Shown one piece after another: positions 1 to 11,213 of a stretch of 64,000 nt of DNA (positions within the stretch are counted from its first letter, which is position 1; each line of letters begins with the position of its first letter). The notes beneath the pieces were generated by a model. It was not told where the DNA came from. It was given only the letters and a program-made list of their open reading frames with translations, and searched no databases. Made by a program: the position numbers and the translations under genes. This DNA is from Acidimicrobiales bacterium. Its GTDB lineage: Bacteria > Actinomycetota > Acidimicrobiia > Acidimicrobiales > MedAcidi-G1. The stretch is from assembly GCA_030742755.1 (NCBI GenBank), contig JASLTU010000004.1, positions 912-64,911 on the forward strand. The letters are read 5' to 3'.

Positions 1-2
1 GA

Positions 3-209
3 GTAATAATTACTCTTGGAAATTTTTCCACCAGACTTCTTTTAAATACAAAAATTGGAATAACAAAATTAAGAGGGGAAGTATATGAATATTTGGGTTG
101 CACCCTGATTCCTACTTTCCATCCTGCGGCGGCTCTTAGAGGGCGAGCAGGTGTCATTGAAAACATGAGAACTGATCTTCGTAAAGCAAAGGAAATTATT
201 AATGGTTGA
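3..209 (+). CDS. Uracil-DNA glycosylase family 4, C-terminal fragment (5' truncated by window edge)
   Basis: Hand translation from nt 3: VIITLGNFSTRLLL...KLRGEVYEY...PTFHPAAALRG...KAKEIING*; TLG and HPAA motifs of family-4 UDG; commonly found upstream of tsaE. Confidence 0.8.
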   Translation, partial: VIITLGNFSTRLLLNTKIGITKLRGEVYEYLGCTLIPTFHPAAALRGRAGVIENMRTDLRKAKEIING

Positions 210-723
210 AGAAGAAACAAATCTGACACCAGCCGTTTCGGCCAGAACATCTTCAGTTGAAGAAACACGTGGTTTGGCATCGTTATTGGTAAAAGTTTTC
301 AAAGCAGGGGACGTAGTTGTTTTGTCTGGCGATTTAGGTGCTGGGAAAACTGCGTTTACTCAAGGTTTAGGTTTGGCTTTAGGTATTGAGAATCCGATCA
401 CTTCTCCAACTTTTACTCTCGCCAATAGATATGAGGGAGAACTTACTTTAAATCATCTTGATGTTTACCGTTTAGAACATCTTCAAGAAGTTGAAGAACT
501 TGGTTTGTCAGAACTAATAGATAGCAACTCTTTGACTGTTATTGAATGGGGGGATGTGATCTCCTCAGTTTTAACAGAGGGTTATTTGGAAATTAGTTTA
601 AACCTCGGTGAGGGAATAGGTGATCGTATTATCGATTTCAGACCTATAGGTCATAAATGGTTAGAGAGAGAGTCTGAATTGGTTAGTCTTGTGTCGTCTT
701 TCTCCACACAAACTAGAGGATAA
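202..723 (+). CDS. tsaE: tRNA threonylcarbamoyladenosine biosynthesis ATPase TsaE
   Basis: GDLGAGKT P-loop, SPTF, HLDVYRL, IEW motifs; operon with tsaB/rimI/tsaD. Confidence 0.96.
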   Translation: MVEEETNLTPAVSARTSSVEETRGLASLLVKVFKAGDVVVLSGDLGAGKTAFTQGLGLALGIENPITSPTFTLANRYEGELTLNHLDVYRLEHLQEVEELGLSELIDSNSLTVIEWGDVISSVLTEGYLEISLNLGEGIGDRIIDFRPIGHKWLERESELVSLVSSFSTQTRG

Positions 724-725
724 CG

Positions 726-1427
726 ATGCTGATTCTTGCTATTGAAACTGCTAGCTCTCAAGCAGGTTGTGCCATCGGTGGCCATGAGGGGGTATTAGCA
801 TCAGCACACACTGGTATCAATGGAAGACACGCTGAAAGTATTTCTCCACAAATAGCGTTTATTAAAGAACAAGCTGGCATTAATTATTCTGAACTTGGTG
901 CTATTGCAGTTGACGTGGGGCCAGGTCTGTTTACGGGATTAAGAGTGGGCATAGCAACAGCAATTTCCATTGCACATGCTTTATCTCTGCCAGTAATTGG
1001 AATTTCAAGTTTGGATCTACTTGCTTTTCCGGCTAGATGGACAAGTCGGCTGATTGTTTCGGCAATGGATGCGAGGCGGGGAGAATTATTTACTGCTCTA
1101 TTTCGACGAGTTCCGGGAGGAATTCAAAGAGTTCGCGATGCAAATGTTTGCACAGCAGAAGATTTGGCTGCTGAAATACAAACTTTTGACGAACCAAGTC
1201 TGCTTGTAGGCGATGGCGCGCTTCGTTATGCAGAGATTTTTGAGAGCCTTGGGCGGGTAGAACTCGCGGAACAAGGATTGGCGCACCCTAGTGCACGCGC
1301 AATGGTTCAACTTGCTCATGCTCGTGCGATGCGTGAAGAGTTTGTCAAACCATGGGATCTTGAACCTATTTATTTACGTAAACCTGATGCAGAAATTAAT
1401 TGGTCTACTAGAAATGATTCGAAATGA
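726..1427 (+). CDS. tsaB: tRNA threonylcarbamoyladenosine biosynthesis protein TsaB
   Basis: LAIET, GPGLFTGLRVG, DARRGE, P.YLR motifs. Confidence 0.95.
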   Translation: MLILAIETASSQAGCAIGGHEGVLASAHTGINGRHAESISPQIAFIKEQAGINYSELGAIAVDVGPGLFTGLRVGIATAISIAHALSLPVIGISSLDLLAFPARWTSRLIVSAMDARRGELFTALFRRVPGGIQRVRDANVCTAEDLAAEIQTFDEPSLLVGDGALRYAEIFESLGRVELAEQGLAHPSARAMVQLAHARAMREEFVKPWDLEPIYLRKPDAEINWSTRNDSK

Positions 1428-1954
1428 ACGTGGTGGTTGAAGAAATAGAAATCAGAGATGCTGTTGAGGGTGACCTTGGGGAAATATTATCAATTGACGA
1501 CTTAGTTTTTTCGACTACATGGTCTCCTAGCTTTTTGCGTCAACAACTATGTTCTGAAAAACATTCACACAGAATCATAGAAAAAGCGGGAAAAATTGTA
1601 GGACATTCTGGTTTGATGAGACTTCATGATGAAGGGCATATAACTACGATGGCAGTAAGCCCCAATAGTCAAGGTTTTGGATTAGGACGTTTATTATTAG
1701 CTGATCTTTGTAGTTCAGCAATTTCGTTAAGTCTCGTAGCGATCACCCTTGAGGTGAGAGTCGGTAACACGAGAGCCCAAAGTCTGTACCAAAAGTTTGG
1801 TTTTGTACCTGCTGGAGTTCGTCCCAATTATTACAGTGACACAGGTGAAGATGCTTTGATTATGTGGCTAAATGATTTATTTGATGAGAGAGTTCAAGAA
1901 ACTATTGAAGAAACTAAGAAAAAGTTATTACAAGCAAAGGTGAAAAATGGCTGA
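1424..1954 (+). CDS. rimI: Ribosomal protein S18 N-acetyltransferase RimI
   Basis: GNAT with LEVRVGN...LYQKFGF...RPNYY...EDALIM; between tsaB and tsaD. Confidence 0.93.
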   Translation: MNVVVEEIEIRDAVEGDLGEILSIDDLVFSTTWSPSFLRQQLCSEKHSHRIIEKAGKIVGHSGLMRLHDEGHITTMAVSPNSQGFGLGRLLLADLCSSAISLSLVAITLEVRVGNTRAQSLYQKFGFVPAGVRPNYYSDTGEDALIMWLNDLFDERVQETIEETKKKLLQAKVKNG

Positions 1955-2969
1955 ACTTATATTGGGGATCGAGACCTCTTGCGATGAAACTGCAGCAGCA
2001 GTGGTGGAATCTTCTAAGTTGATACGTTCTTCAATAGTTAGTAGCCAGATTCATTTGCATGAAAGATTTGGCGGTGTAGTGCCCGAAATAGCTAGTAGGG
2101 CTCATGTTGAATTGATGGTCCCAGTAGTTGCAGAAGCTTTAGTCGCTGCAGGAGTGGAGGGTGACCAAATTGAAGCAGTTGCTGCAACAGCAGGTCCAGG
2201 TCTTGTGGGGTCATTATTGGTGGGAGTTAGCTCAGCTAAAGCTTTGGCAACAGTTTGGGATGTTCCGTTTATTGCTGTTAATCACCTAGAAGCACATTTG
2301 TACGCATCGTTTTTAGAAGATCCGGATCTTAAATTACCGCTTGTTTTTTTACTAGTTTCCGGGGGTCACACGTTACTTGTATTAATGGAAGAGCAAGGTA
2401 AATATCGCGTGTTGGGTTCGACTCTCGATGATGCAGCTGGAGAAGCTTTTGACAAGGTAGCCCGATATTTAGGACTTGGTTACCCAGGAGGCCCAGCTAT
2501 TGATAATTTAGCTTTAGACGGAGATAGATCAGCATTTAAATATCCACGCTCTTTGGTACAAGAAAATCCTGCAACTTTGCCAGACGATAGAAGGTTTGCT
2601 TTTTCTTTTAGTGGATTAAAAACGGCTGTAGTGAATCATGTTCGTTCAAATCCTGATGCAGCTACAGAAGATGTTGTGGCATCTTTCCAAGAAGCAGTGG
2701 TAGATGCATTAGTTACGAAACTCAAATGGGCGCTTGAATCGACAGGGGTTGAGGCAGCTTGTCTAGGCGGAGGAGTAGCAGCTAATTCACGTTTACGGGA
2801 GAGATTTATGGAAGTTTGTGATTCAACAGGGGTCAAAGGGTGTCTTCCTTCAAGGGCTATGTGTACAGACAATGCTGCCATGGTTGCAGCTGCTGGGTAC
2901 TGGAGGCTTAAAAAAATGGGCCCAAGCCCTTTAAATACGGGTGTAGACCCGAATTTAGGCTTGGTTTAA
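1947..2969 (+). CDS. tsaD: tRNA N6-adenosine threonylcarbamoyltransferase TsaD
   Basis: GIETSCDET, GGVVPEIASRAH, HLEAH, SGGHT, DDAAGEAFDK, CTDNAAM. Confidence 0.97.
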   Translation: MAELILGIETSCDETAAAVVESSKLIRSSIVSSQIHLHERFGGVVPEIASRAHVELMVPVVAEALVAAGVEGDQIEAVAATAGPGLVGSLLVGVSSAKALATVWDVPFIAVNHLEAHLYASFLEDPDLKLPLVFLLVSGGHTLLVLMEEQGKYRVLGSTLDDAAGEAFDKVARYLGLGYPGGPAIDNLALDGDRSAFKYPRSLVQENPATLPDDRRFAFSFSGLKTAVVNHVRSNPDAATEDVVASFQEAVVDALVTKLKWALESTGVEAACLGGGVAANSRLRERFMEVCDSTGVKGCLPSRAMCTDNAAMVAAAGYWRLKKMGPSPLNTGVDPNLGLV

Positions 2970-3039
2970 GCCTGATACATAAGTTTTGCTTTATAAACAG
3001 GTGAAAAATGTTGGAATTACACACATTTTAGACGTATCG

Positions 3040-3066
3040 TTAGCAGTCGAATAAAGAGAGTGCCAA
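3040..3066 (+). promoter_or_regulatory. CIRCE element (HrcA operator) upstream of groES-groEL
   Basis: TTAGCAGTC-N9-GAGTGCCAA versus consensus TTAGCACTC-N9-GAGTGCTAA. Confidence 0.9.
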
Positions 3067-3129
3067 AAAGGATTGTTGTTCAATTCATGAATTTTGGCCT
3101 ATCTAAGAAACAAAGAATCGGAGTTTTCT

Positions 3130-3420
3130 ATGAACCTTCAGCCTCTTGAGGATCGTATTGTGGTCCGCCCTGGCGAATCAGAAGAGACCACTGCAAGTGG
3201 TCTTGTTATACCTGATACAGCAAAGGAAAAACCACAAACTGGTGAAGTGCTAGCAATTGGGCCTGGCAGACGCAGTGAACAGAGCGGAGAGCTAATACCA
3301 ATGGAAGTTGGTGTCGGCGACACGGTTGTTTACAGCAAATATGGCGGAACCGAGATAGCCGCAGAGGGTGAGGATCTATTGATTCTTAACGCTCGCGACG
3401 TTCTTGCGGTTGTGAAGTAG
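3130..3420 (+). CDS. groES: Co-chaperonin GroES
   Basis: [12 protein letters not shown]...[16 protein letters not shown]...YSKYGGTE; start placed at ATG 3130 after GGAG. Confidence 0.97.
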   Translation: MNLQPLEDRIVVRPGESEETTASGLVIPDTAKEKPQTGEVLAIGPGRRSEQSGELIPMEVGVGDTVVYSKYGGTEIAAEGEDLLILNARDVLAVVK

Positions 3421-5079
<1,659 letters not shown>

Positions 5080-5098
5080 CAGTTCTTATAACTGTTTT

Positions 5099-5135
5099 AC
5101 TTCTGGCCGGGCATATGCCCGGCCAGAAGTGTTTT
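5099..5135 (+). terminator. Probable intrinsic terminator after groEL (32-bp perfect palindrome plus GTTTT)
   Basis: ACTTCTGGCCGGGCAT/ATGCCCGGCCAGAAGT at 5099-5130 followed by gtttt. Confidence 0.75.
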
Positions 5136-5154
5136 ACGGCGAAGGTAGTCTTGA

Positions 5155-5892
5155 TTGATGGAACCACAAAAAAACCAACGTGGTGGTATGCAAGTAATTC
5201 CGCGTCCTGAGTCTTGGCGTTTGGGAAATGTTTCGCCGTGGTTTGAATCTGAAGATAAAAAAATTGAACTTGCACGAGTGGTAGCTGCGTTAACAAATCG
5301 TGTTCCATCGGGGATAAGAGGAAGAATTCCTACAGGTGAGGAACGAGATGCCGCAGTGCTCGTAGGAATTTATGATGAACATAACCCGCATTTAATACTC
5401 ACTAGAAGATCAAAAAATCTAAGCTCCCATAGACATGAGGTTTCTTTTCCTGGAGGCCGGGTCGAAGATTCCGATCATGATTTATGGACTACGGCATGCC
5501 GTGAATCTAATGAAGAAATAGGAATTCAAACAGAAGGATTAAACCCTCTCGGTCGTTTAGACCCCATAGTCACAGTAGGCAGTAGAAGTCTCATACATCC
5601 ATTTGTAACGATTCTTCCAGAAGTACCTAACTTGGAACCAAATCTATCTGAAGTTGAAAAAATATTACATGTACCAGTGAGTGAACTCCTACTAGATGAA
5701 GTCTGGCGCGAAGAAGAGTGGGAGCTTCCCAATGGCTGGGTTTCTATTACCTTCTTCGAACTTGAGGGTGATACTGTTTGGGGAGCAACTGCTTTGATGA
5801 TTCGACAACTTTTGACACTTTCTTTAGGTTTGGTTGACAATCTCGGAAGGTTTCCTAAAGAAGAATCTGAGAACAGGAAGAAGTTACAATGA
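5155..5892 (+). CDS. Nudix hydrolase, CoA pyrophosphatase type
   Basis: LTRRSKNLSSHRHEVSFPGG motif, Nudix box RESNEEIG, VWGATA; start uncertain. Confidence 0.88.
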   Translation: MMEPQKNQRGGMQVIPRPESWRLGNVSPWFESEDKKIELARVVAALTNRVPSGIRGRIPTGEERDAAVLVGIYDEHNPHLILTRRSKNLSSHRHEVSFPGGRVEDSDHDLWTTACRESNEEIGIQTEGLNPLGRLDPIVTVGSRSLIHPFVTILPEVPNLEPNLSEVEKILHVPVSELLLDEVWREEEWELPNGWVSITFFELEGDTVWGATALMIRQLLTLSLGLVDNLGRFPKEESENRKKLQ

Positions 5893-7301
5893 CAACAAAA
5901 CCTCCAAAACATTTCACTTCAGACGAGTTTCGAGAAATGGGCCATTCGACGATTGATTGGATAGCCGATTACCTTGAACACCTCGAAGAGCGACCAGTTG
6001 CACCTGACGTCAAACCAGGTGATGTAAGAGCATCGCTACCAGAAAGAGCCCCAGAAGCACCTGAACCTTTTAGTGACTTGCTAGATGATGTAAATAGCCT
6101 CATTGCGCCGGCTATAACCCATTGGCAGCATCCAGGATTTTTTGGTTATTTTTCTTGCAACTCATCAGCACCAGCAATATTAGGAGAGCTGCTTTCAGCC
6201 GGATTTGGTATCAACGGCATGCTTTGGTCAACTAGCCCAGCTGCTACAGAACTTGAAACTCACATGCTTGATTGGCTTTTAGACCTATGTGATTTACCTG
6301 ACTGTTTTAGATCAGATGGAAAAGGCGGCGGCGTAATTCAAGACTCCGCTTCGTCAGCTTCGTTGTGTGCAATTTTAGCGGCACGTGATCGTTCAGGAGG
6401 AGCTTTAGAACTTCCAAAACTTGTTGCCTACACTTCTACTCAGGCTCATTCATCAATTGAGAAAGATGTAAAAATCGCTGGCTTTTCTCCGGATCAACTA
6501 AGGAAAGTAGAAGTTGATGAAAACTTTGCGATGGATCCAGAAGAATTGCAACGACTGATAAATGAAGATAAAGAAAATGGTCTAATCCCTTGCTTCATAT
6601 CAGCAACCATTGGCACCACTTCATCAGGAGCGGTTGATCCGATACCTGCGGTAGCTGGAATAGCGAATGAGGAAGGCGCTTGGTTGCATGTCGACGCAGC
6701 ATGGGCTGGATCTGCAGCAGTATGCCCTGAATATCGTGGTTTGTTGGAAGGGATAGATAAAGCAGATAGCTATGCTTTCAATCCCCACAAGTGGCTTCTA
6801 ACCAATTTTGATTGCACTGCCTTTTATGTAGCGGATTCAAAACCACTAGTCGACTCACTTTCGATAGTGCCAGAGTATTTAAGAAATCCTGCAAGTGAAG
6901 CCGGAGAAGTCATCGATTATAGGGATTGGCAAGTTCCGTTAGGTCGAAGGTTTAGGTCTTTGAAGCTTTGGTTTGTTTTGCGAAGCTACGGGGCTGAAGG
7001 ATTAAGGTCGCATATAAGACATCATGTAGAAGCAGCTGAAAGTTTCGCTGAACGCGTAGCGGAACATCCGAAATTAGCTTTGTCGGCTCCAGTTTCACTT
7101 TCACTTGTTTGTTTCAGTCATATAGATGGTGATGATGCTACGAAAGCATTACAAGAAGCTTTGAACTCAACGGGTGAAGTTTTACTCACGCACACGGTGT
7201 TGGATGGCAAGCACGTTTTACGACTATCAGTTGGTGGCACATGGACTACATCTACTCATGTCGAAAGAGTTTCAGAGTTAATTGATGAGATTCTTGGTTA
7301 A
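5889..7301 (+). CDS. PLP-dependent aromatic L-amino acid decarboxylase (group II)
   Basis: [33 protein letters not shown] (PLP lysine), [19 protein letters not shown]. Confidence 0.9.
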   Translation: MTTKPPKHFTSDEFREMGHSTIDWIADYLEHLEERPVAPDVKPGDVRASLPERAPEAPEPFSDLLDDVNSLIAPAITHWQHPGFFGYFSCNSSAPAILGELLSAGFGINGMLWSTSPAATELETHMLDWLLDLCDLPDCFRSDGKGGGVIQDSASSASLCAILAARDRSGGALELPKLVAYTSTQAHSSIEKDVKIAGFSPDQLRKVEVDENFAMDPEELQRLINEDKENGLIPCFISATIGTTSSGAVDPIPAVAGIANEEGAWLHVDAAWAGSAAVCPEYRGLLEGIDKADSYAFNPHKWLLTNFDCTAFYVADSKPLVDSLSIVPEYLRNPASEAGEVIDYRDWQVPLGRRFRSLKLWFVLRSYGAEGLRSHIRHHVEAAESFAERVAEHPKLALSAPVSLSLVCFSHIDGDDATKALQEALNSTGEVLLTHTVLDGKHVLRLSVGGTWTTSTHVERVSELIDEILG

Positions 7302-7303
7302 CA

Positions 7304-8866
7304 GTGAGTAGTAATCTTTTTGGTACTGCTGGATCGGATAAACGGATTCTTGTTGTTGACTTTGGGGCACAGTATGCGCAACTTATTGCTCGTCGAATTA
7401 GAGAATCCAATGTTTACAGTGAAATAGTTTCACACGAATTAAATGTAGAAAGTTTCGCTGATCTTAAACCTGCGGGAATTATTTTTTCTGGCGGCCCGAC
7501 TTCTGTAAACGTAGAAGGGGCCCCAAAAATTGATCCAGCTATCTATGAGCTTGGAGTGCCGATTTTGGGTATCTGTTATGGGGCACAACTAATAGCTCAA
7601 CAAAATGGTGGTTTAGTTGAGGGTAACGAAAAAGGAGAATACGGAAGAACAGTTGTGAATGTAAATCAGGCAGGAATTCTCCTGTCAGATTTCGAAACCT
7701 CCACACAACAAGTGTGGATGAGCCATTTTGACTCGATTACTAGTCCCCCAGAAGGGGCTGCGGTAATCGCTTCATCAGATGGGTCGCCTGTCGCTGTGTT
7801 TGAAGAACCAAATAAAGGTCTTTTTGGAGTTCAGTTCCATCCAGAAGTTCACCACACTCCTTGTGGTCAAGATTTGCTGAGACGTTTTATCCACGATGTT
7901 TGTGGTTGTCCTAATGATTGGAACATGGCTTCTGTGGTTGAATCGTCAGTTGCGGGAATAAAAGAAATTGTTGGAGAAAAAAAGGCTATATGTGGATTAT
8001 CAGGCGGAGTTGATTCTGCTGTGGCAGCGGCTTTGGTGCATAAAGCAATTGGTGACCAGTTGACTTGTGTTTTCGTTGACACGGGGTTGATGAGAGCGGG
8101 AGAAGCCCAACAGGTTGTCGACACTTTTGAAAGTTCACAAGGCATTGAACTTATTCACGTTAAAGCAGCGGAAAGGTTTTTTGAACAGTTAGAAGGGGTA
8201 GTAGACCCTGAGCAAAAAAGAAAAATCATAGGAGAACTTTTCATTCGTTTATTCGAAGAAGCAGCAGCGGGAATCGAAGAAGCACACTTTCTTGTGCAGG
8301 GCACTTTGTACCCGGACGTTATTGAATCTGGGACAAGTGAAGCTGCACGAATAAAAAGCCATCACAATGTCGGTGGGTTACCTGAAGATATGGACTTTGA
8401 GTTGATTGAACCATTAAGGAATCTTTTCAAAGATGAAGTAAGAGAAGTTGGTAGGGAATTAGGTCTACCGGACGAGATAGTGAAACGGCAACCTTTCCCA
8501 GGACCTGGACTTGCAGTGAGAATCATCGGCGAGATTAATAGCGAAACGGTTGAAACTGTCCGTGCTGCAGATGTCATAGTCAGAGAAGAAATTGATGAAG
8601 CCGATTTGGAAGAAGAAGTGTGGCAAGCATTTGCTGTTTTAGCGGATATCCGTTCAGTGGGAGTGATGGGTGATGAACGTACTTATGCACGCCCAGTGAT
8701 AATAAGAGCAGTCACTAGCGAAGATGCCATGACAGCTGATTGGGCACGGTTACCACATGATCTGTTGGAACGAATTTCCAGCCGGATCATTAACGAGGTG
8801 GAAGGCGTTAACAGAGTTGTTTACGATGTGACTTCTAAACCACCAGGAACCATTGAGTGGGAATAA
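7304..8866 (+). CDS. guaA: GMP synthase (glutamine-hydrolysing)
   Basis: [43 protein letters not shown]. Confidence 0.98.
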   Translation: MSSNLFGTAGSDKRILVVDFGAQYAQLIARRIRESNVYSEIVSHELNVESFADLKPAGIIFSGGPTSVNVEGAPKIDPAIYELGVPILGICYGAQLIAQQNGGLVEGNEKGEYGRTVVNVNQAGILLSDFETSTQQVWMSHFDSITSPPEGAAVIASSDGSPVAVFEEPNKGLFGVQFHPEVHHTPCGQDLLRRFIHDVCGCPNDWNMASVVESSVAGIKEIVGEKKAICGLSGGVDSAVAAALVHKAIGDQLTCVFVDTGLMRAGEAQQVVDTFESSQGIELIHVKAAERFFEQLEGVVDPEQKRKIIGELFIRLFEEAAAGIEEAHFLVQGTLYPDVIESGTSEAARIKSHHNVGGLPEDMDFELIEPLRNLFKDEVREVGRELGLPDEIVKRQPFPGPGLAVRIIGEINSETVETVRAADVIVREEIDEADLEEEVWQAFAVLADIRSVGVMGDERTYARPVIIRAVTSEDAMTADWARLPHDLLERISSRIINEVEGVNRVVYDVTSKPPGTIEWE

Positions 8867-9846
8867 TGGAACAAAGAGAATTTAAACCTTTTGGAACTGT
8901 AAGTGCACTTAGTCTAGGAGGTGGTGGGATAGGGAATGTTTGGGGAGAAACCACCAGATCAGAAAGCGTTTCCACTGTGAACTTAGCGATTGAATCCGGA
9001 ATCAATCACCTTGATGTAGCCCCTATGTATGGGAAGGGAGAAGCTGAGAGAGTCGTTGGTGAGGCTTTGAAAGGAAAAGATCATTCAGCAATAAATCTAA
9101 CCACTAAATGTAGTCTGGGAACAGTTCCAGACTCAGAGGTTTATACGAGACTTAATAGTTCTCTTTGTAGAAGTTTAGAGACTATGGGAGTCGAGAAAGT
9201 TAATTTATTTCTTCTTCATTCTCAGCTCATAGAGGATGATTACCAGCTACCTGTACTAAATGAACATAGAGCTACGAATGCTACTACTCTCTCGTGTTAT
9301 TACAGTGCGGTAATTCCAGCTTTTGAAATGTTAAAAAAAGAAGGAAAGATTGATCATTGGGGCATTGGTTTAGGGCAAGAAGAAGCACTAATAAAAGCTA
9401 TAAATTATGAACATCCTCCTGAAGCTATGCAGTGTGCAATAAATGTCTTAAATTCAATTGGAGCCATTGGATATATCAGTAAGAAACCTGATCCCAATAT
9501 GGTGCTTTCAGAATGTCAAAAAAAGAATGTACCCATTCTGGCTATTAGAGCTGTTCAAGCAGGGGCTCTTACTTCAAGTATGGATAGAGAACCACATCCT
9601 TCAGGAATGGACAAAGCTGATTTCACTGATTTTGAAAGGGCTTTACCTTTTAGAGAGCTTGCCAAAGATTGGGAGGAATCTCCTGCATCTTTAGCGCACA
9701 GATATGCTCTTAGTGCTGAAAAAGTTAGCTCTGTGATTCTAGGAATTAAAAACAGAGAAGAATTACAAGAATGTATTGACGCAGAAAATAAGGGCAAGCT
9801 TAGTTCTTTCGAAATGGAAACTTTACAAAATCTTTTTGTGAACTAA
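8866..9846 (+). CDS. Aldo/keto reductase
   Basis: LGGGGIG, DVAPMYG.G.AE, TKC, LLH; ATG overlaps guaA stop (TAATG). Confidence 0.85.
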   Translation: MEQREFKPFGTVSALSLGGGGIGNVWGETTRSESVSTVNLAIESGINHLDVAPMYGKGEAERVVGEALKGKDHSAINLTTKCSLGTVPDSEVYTRLNSSLCRSLETMGVEKVNLFLLHSQLIEDDYQLPVLNEHRATNATTLSCYYSAVIPAFEMLKKEGKIDHWGIGLGQEEALIKAINYEHPPEAMQCAINVLNSIGAIGYISKKPDPNMVLSECQKKNVPILAIRAVQAGALTSSMDREPHPSGMDKADFTDFERALPFRELAKDWEESPASLAHRYALSAEKVSSVILGIKNREELQECIDAENKGKLSSFEMETLQNLFVN

Positions 9847-10347
9847 ATGGAAATGGTGAGAATTGAAACAGAAAGACTGGTTTTAAAGAAATTAGTTGAT
9901 GCAGATAAAGAACGGCTTGTTTCTCTAATAGGGGATTTTATGGTTTCGAAAACTTTAAGCAATGTGCCATACCCTTACACTCTTGATGACGCTGATGAAT
10001 GGTTAAAGATAGTTGATAACGAGGAATTTAACTTAAACATCTTTTTAAATGATGATTTGATCGGTGGAGTTGGTTTAACACCTATAGAAGACGATTTTTG
10101 TGAACTGGGGTATTGGCTAGCCGTTGAATATTGGGGACAAGGTTACGCGACAGAATCTGTTAGAGGGTTGCTTAGTTATGCTAAAACCAATACTCCATAT
10201 GAAAAATTTAAAGCAAATGTATATAAAGAAAATGTTGCTTCTGCGAAAGTATTAGAAAAAAATGGATTTAAACGACTTGAAGACAGAGAAGTTTTTAGTC
10301 TTTCACGACAAGAGAATGTACCATCTGTAAATTATGAATATCGCTGA
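9847..10347 (+). CDS. GNAT acetyltransferase, RimJ/RimL family
   Basis: IETERLVL, ELGYWL...WGQGYATE, N.AS.KVLEKNGF. Confidence 0.88.
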   Translation: MEMVRIETERLVLKKLVDADKERLVSLIGDFMVSKTLSNVPYPYTLDDADEWLKIVDNEEFNLNIFLNDDLIGGVGLTPIEDDFCELGYWLAVEYWGQGYATESVRGLLSYAKTNTPYEKFKANVYKENVASAKVLEKNGFKRLEDREVFSLSRQENVPSVNYEYR

Positions 10348-11149
10348 TGATTATCCGTTAAAAGTCGGGAGCATGCTGTTTACACTGGTGGATCCAAATC
10401 ACGGCCATGAGGTTGCATATAACAGATGGTATGAACGAGACCATTTCTACGGTGGGTGCATGACCGGTCCCTACTGTTTCGCAGGAGGCAGATGGGTGTC
10501 CACACGTGAATTGAAAGATCTCAGGTTTCCTGCAGATGAAACCAATGCCCTCACCAACCCATGGGATAGTGGCTCGTACTTAGCTATTTACTGGGTCGAA
10601 GACGGTCATCATGATGACCATTTCAACTGGGGAGCTCAACAAGTACAGCATTTATACGCCGGAGGCCGTGGGTTCAGTGAACGCAAGCATGCACACACAG
10701 CTTTATATGATCATGTGAAAAATTATTATCGCGATGATGATCCAGTACCCATGGAGTTGGCTTTAGACCATGGATATAAAGGCCTTGTTTCAGTTTCAAT
10801 TGAGAAAAATCCTGAAATGAAAACTTCTGAATTTGAAGATTGGTTAGAGAGCCTTGCTTCATCAACTGTTTTTAAATCTGGAGCTGCAGAATCTTGCTCT
10901 ATATGGAAACCAGTTCCCGGTCAGGATGAAATGACTGGCAAAGCACCAATGGACCTCGGTACCTCTCCAGGAGGCGAAAACCGATACGTGCAACTTTTCT
11001 TCATAGAAAAGGATCCTCGCGAAATCTGGGATGATTTTATCGAATATGGAAAAGCAGTTGATTCATCAGATACGGCCAAAATACTTTTTGCAGCCCCATT
11101 CTTTGCGACAGTAGTTGGAACCGACCGATACACAGATCAACTTTGGTAG
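10334..11149 (+). CDS. Hypothetical protein, possibly tandem dimeric alpha/beta-barrel (EthD-like)
   Basis: 271-aa ORF; G.E.AYNRWYERDH pattern reminiscent of EthD-like proteins; fold is a guess. Confidence 0.6.
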   Translation: MNIADDYPLKVGSMLFTLVDPNHGHEVAYNRWYERDHFYGGCMTGPYCFAGGRWVSTRELKDLRFPADETNALTNPWDSGSYLAIYWVEDGHHDDHFNWGAQQVQHLYAGGRGFSERKHAHTALYDHVKNYYRDDDPVPMELALDHGYKGLVSVSIEKNPEMKTSEFEDWLESLASSTVFKSGAAESCSIWKPVPGQDEMTGKAPMDLGTSPGGENRYVQLFFIEKDPREIWDDFIEYGKAVDSSDTAKILFAAPFFATVVGTDRYTDQLW

Positions 11150-11213
11150 ACAGAGCCGATCTTAATTACACGCTTTGACAGAGTAAGTCCCATACCCCAA
11201 GTAGGGTGATTCT

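Noticed and set aside
5099-5130. 32-bp perfect palindrome as a mobile or REP element
   Set aside because: Only one copy seen, directly after groEL and followed by a T-run; a terminator explains it
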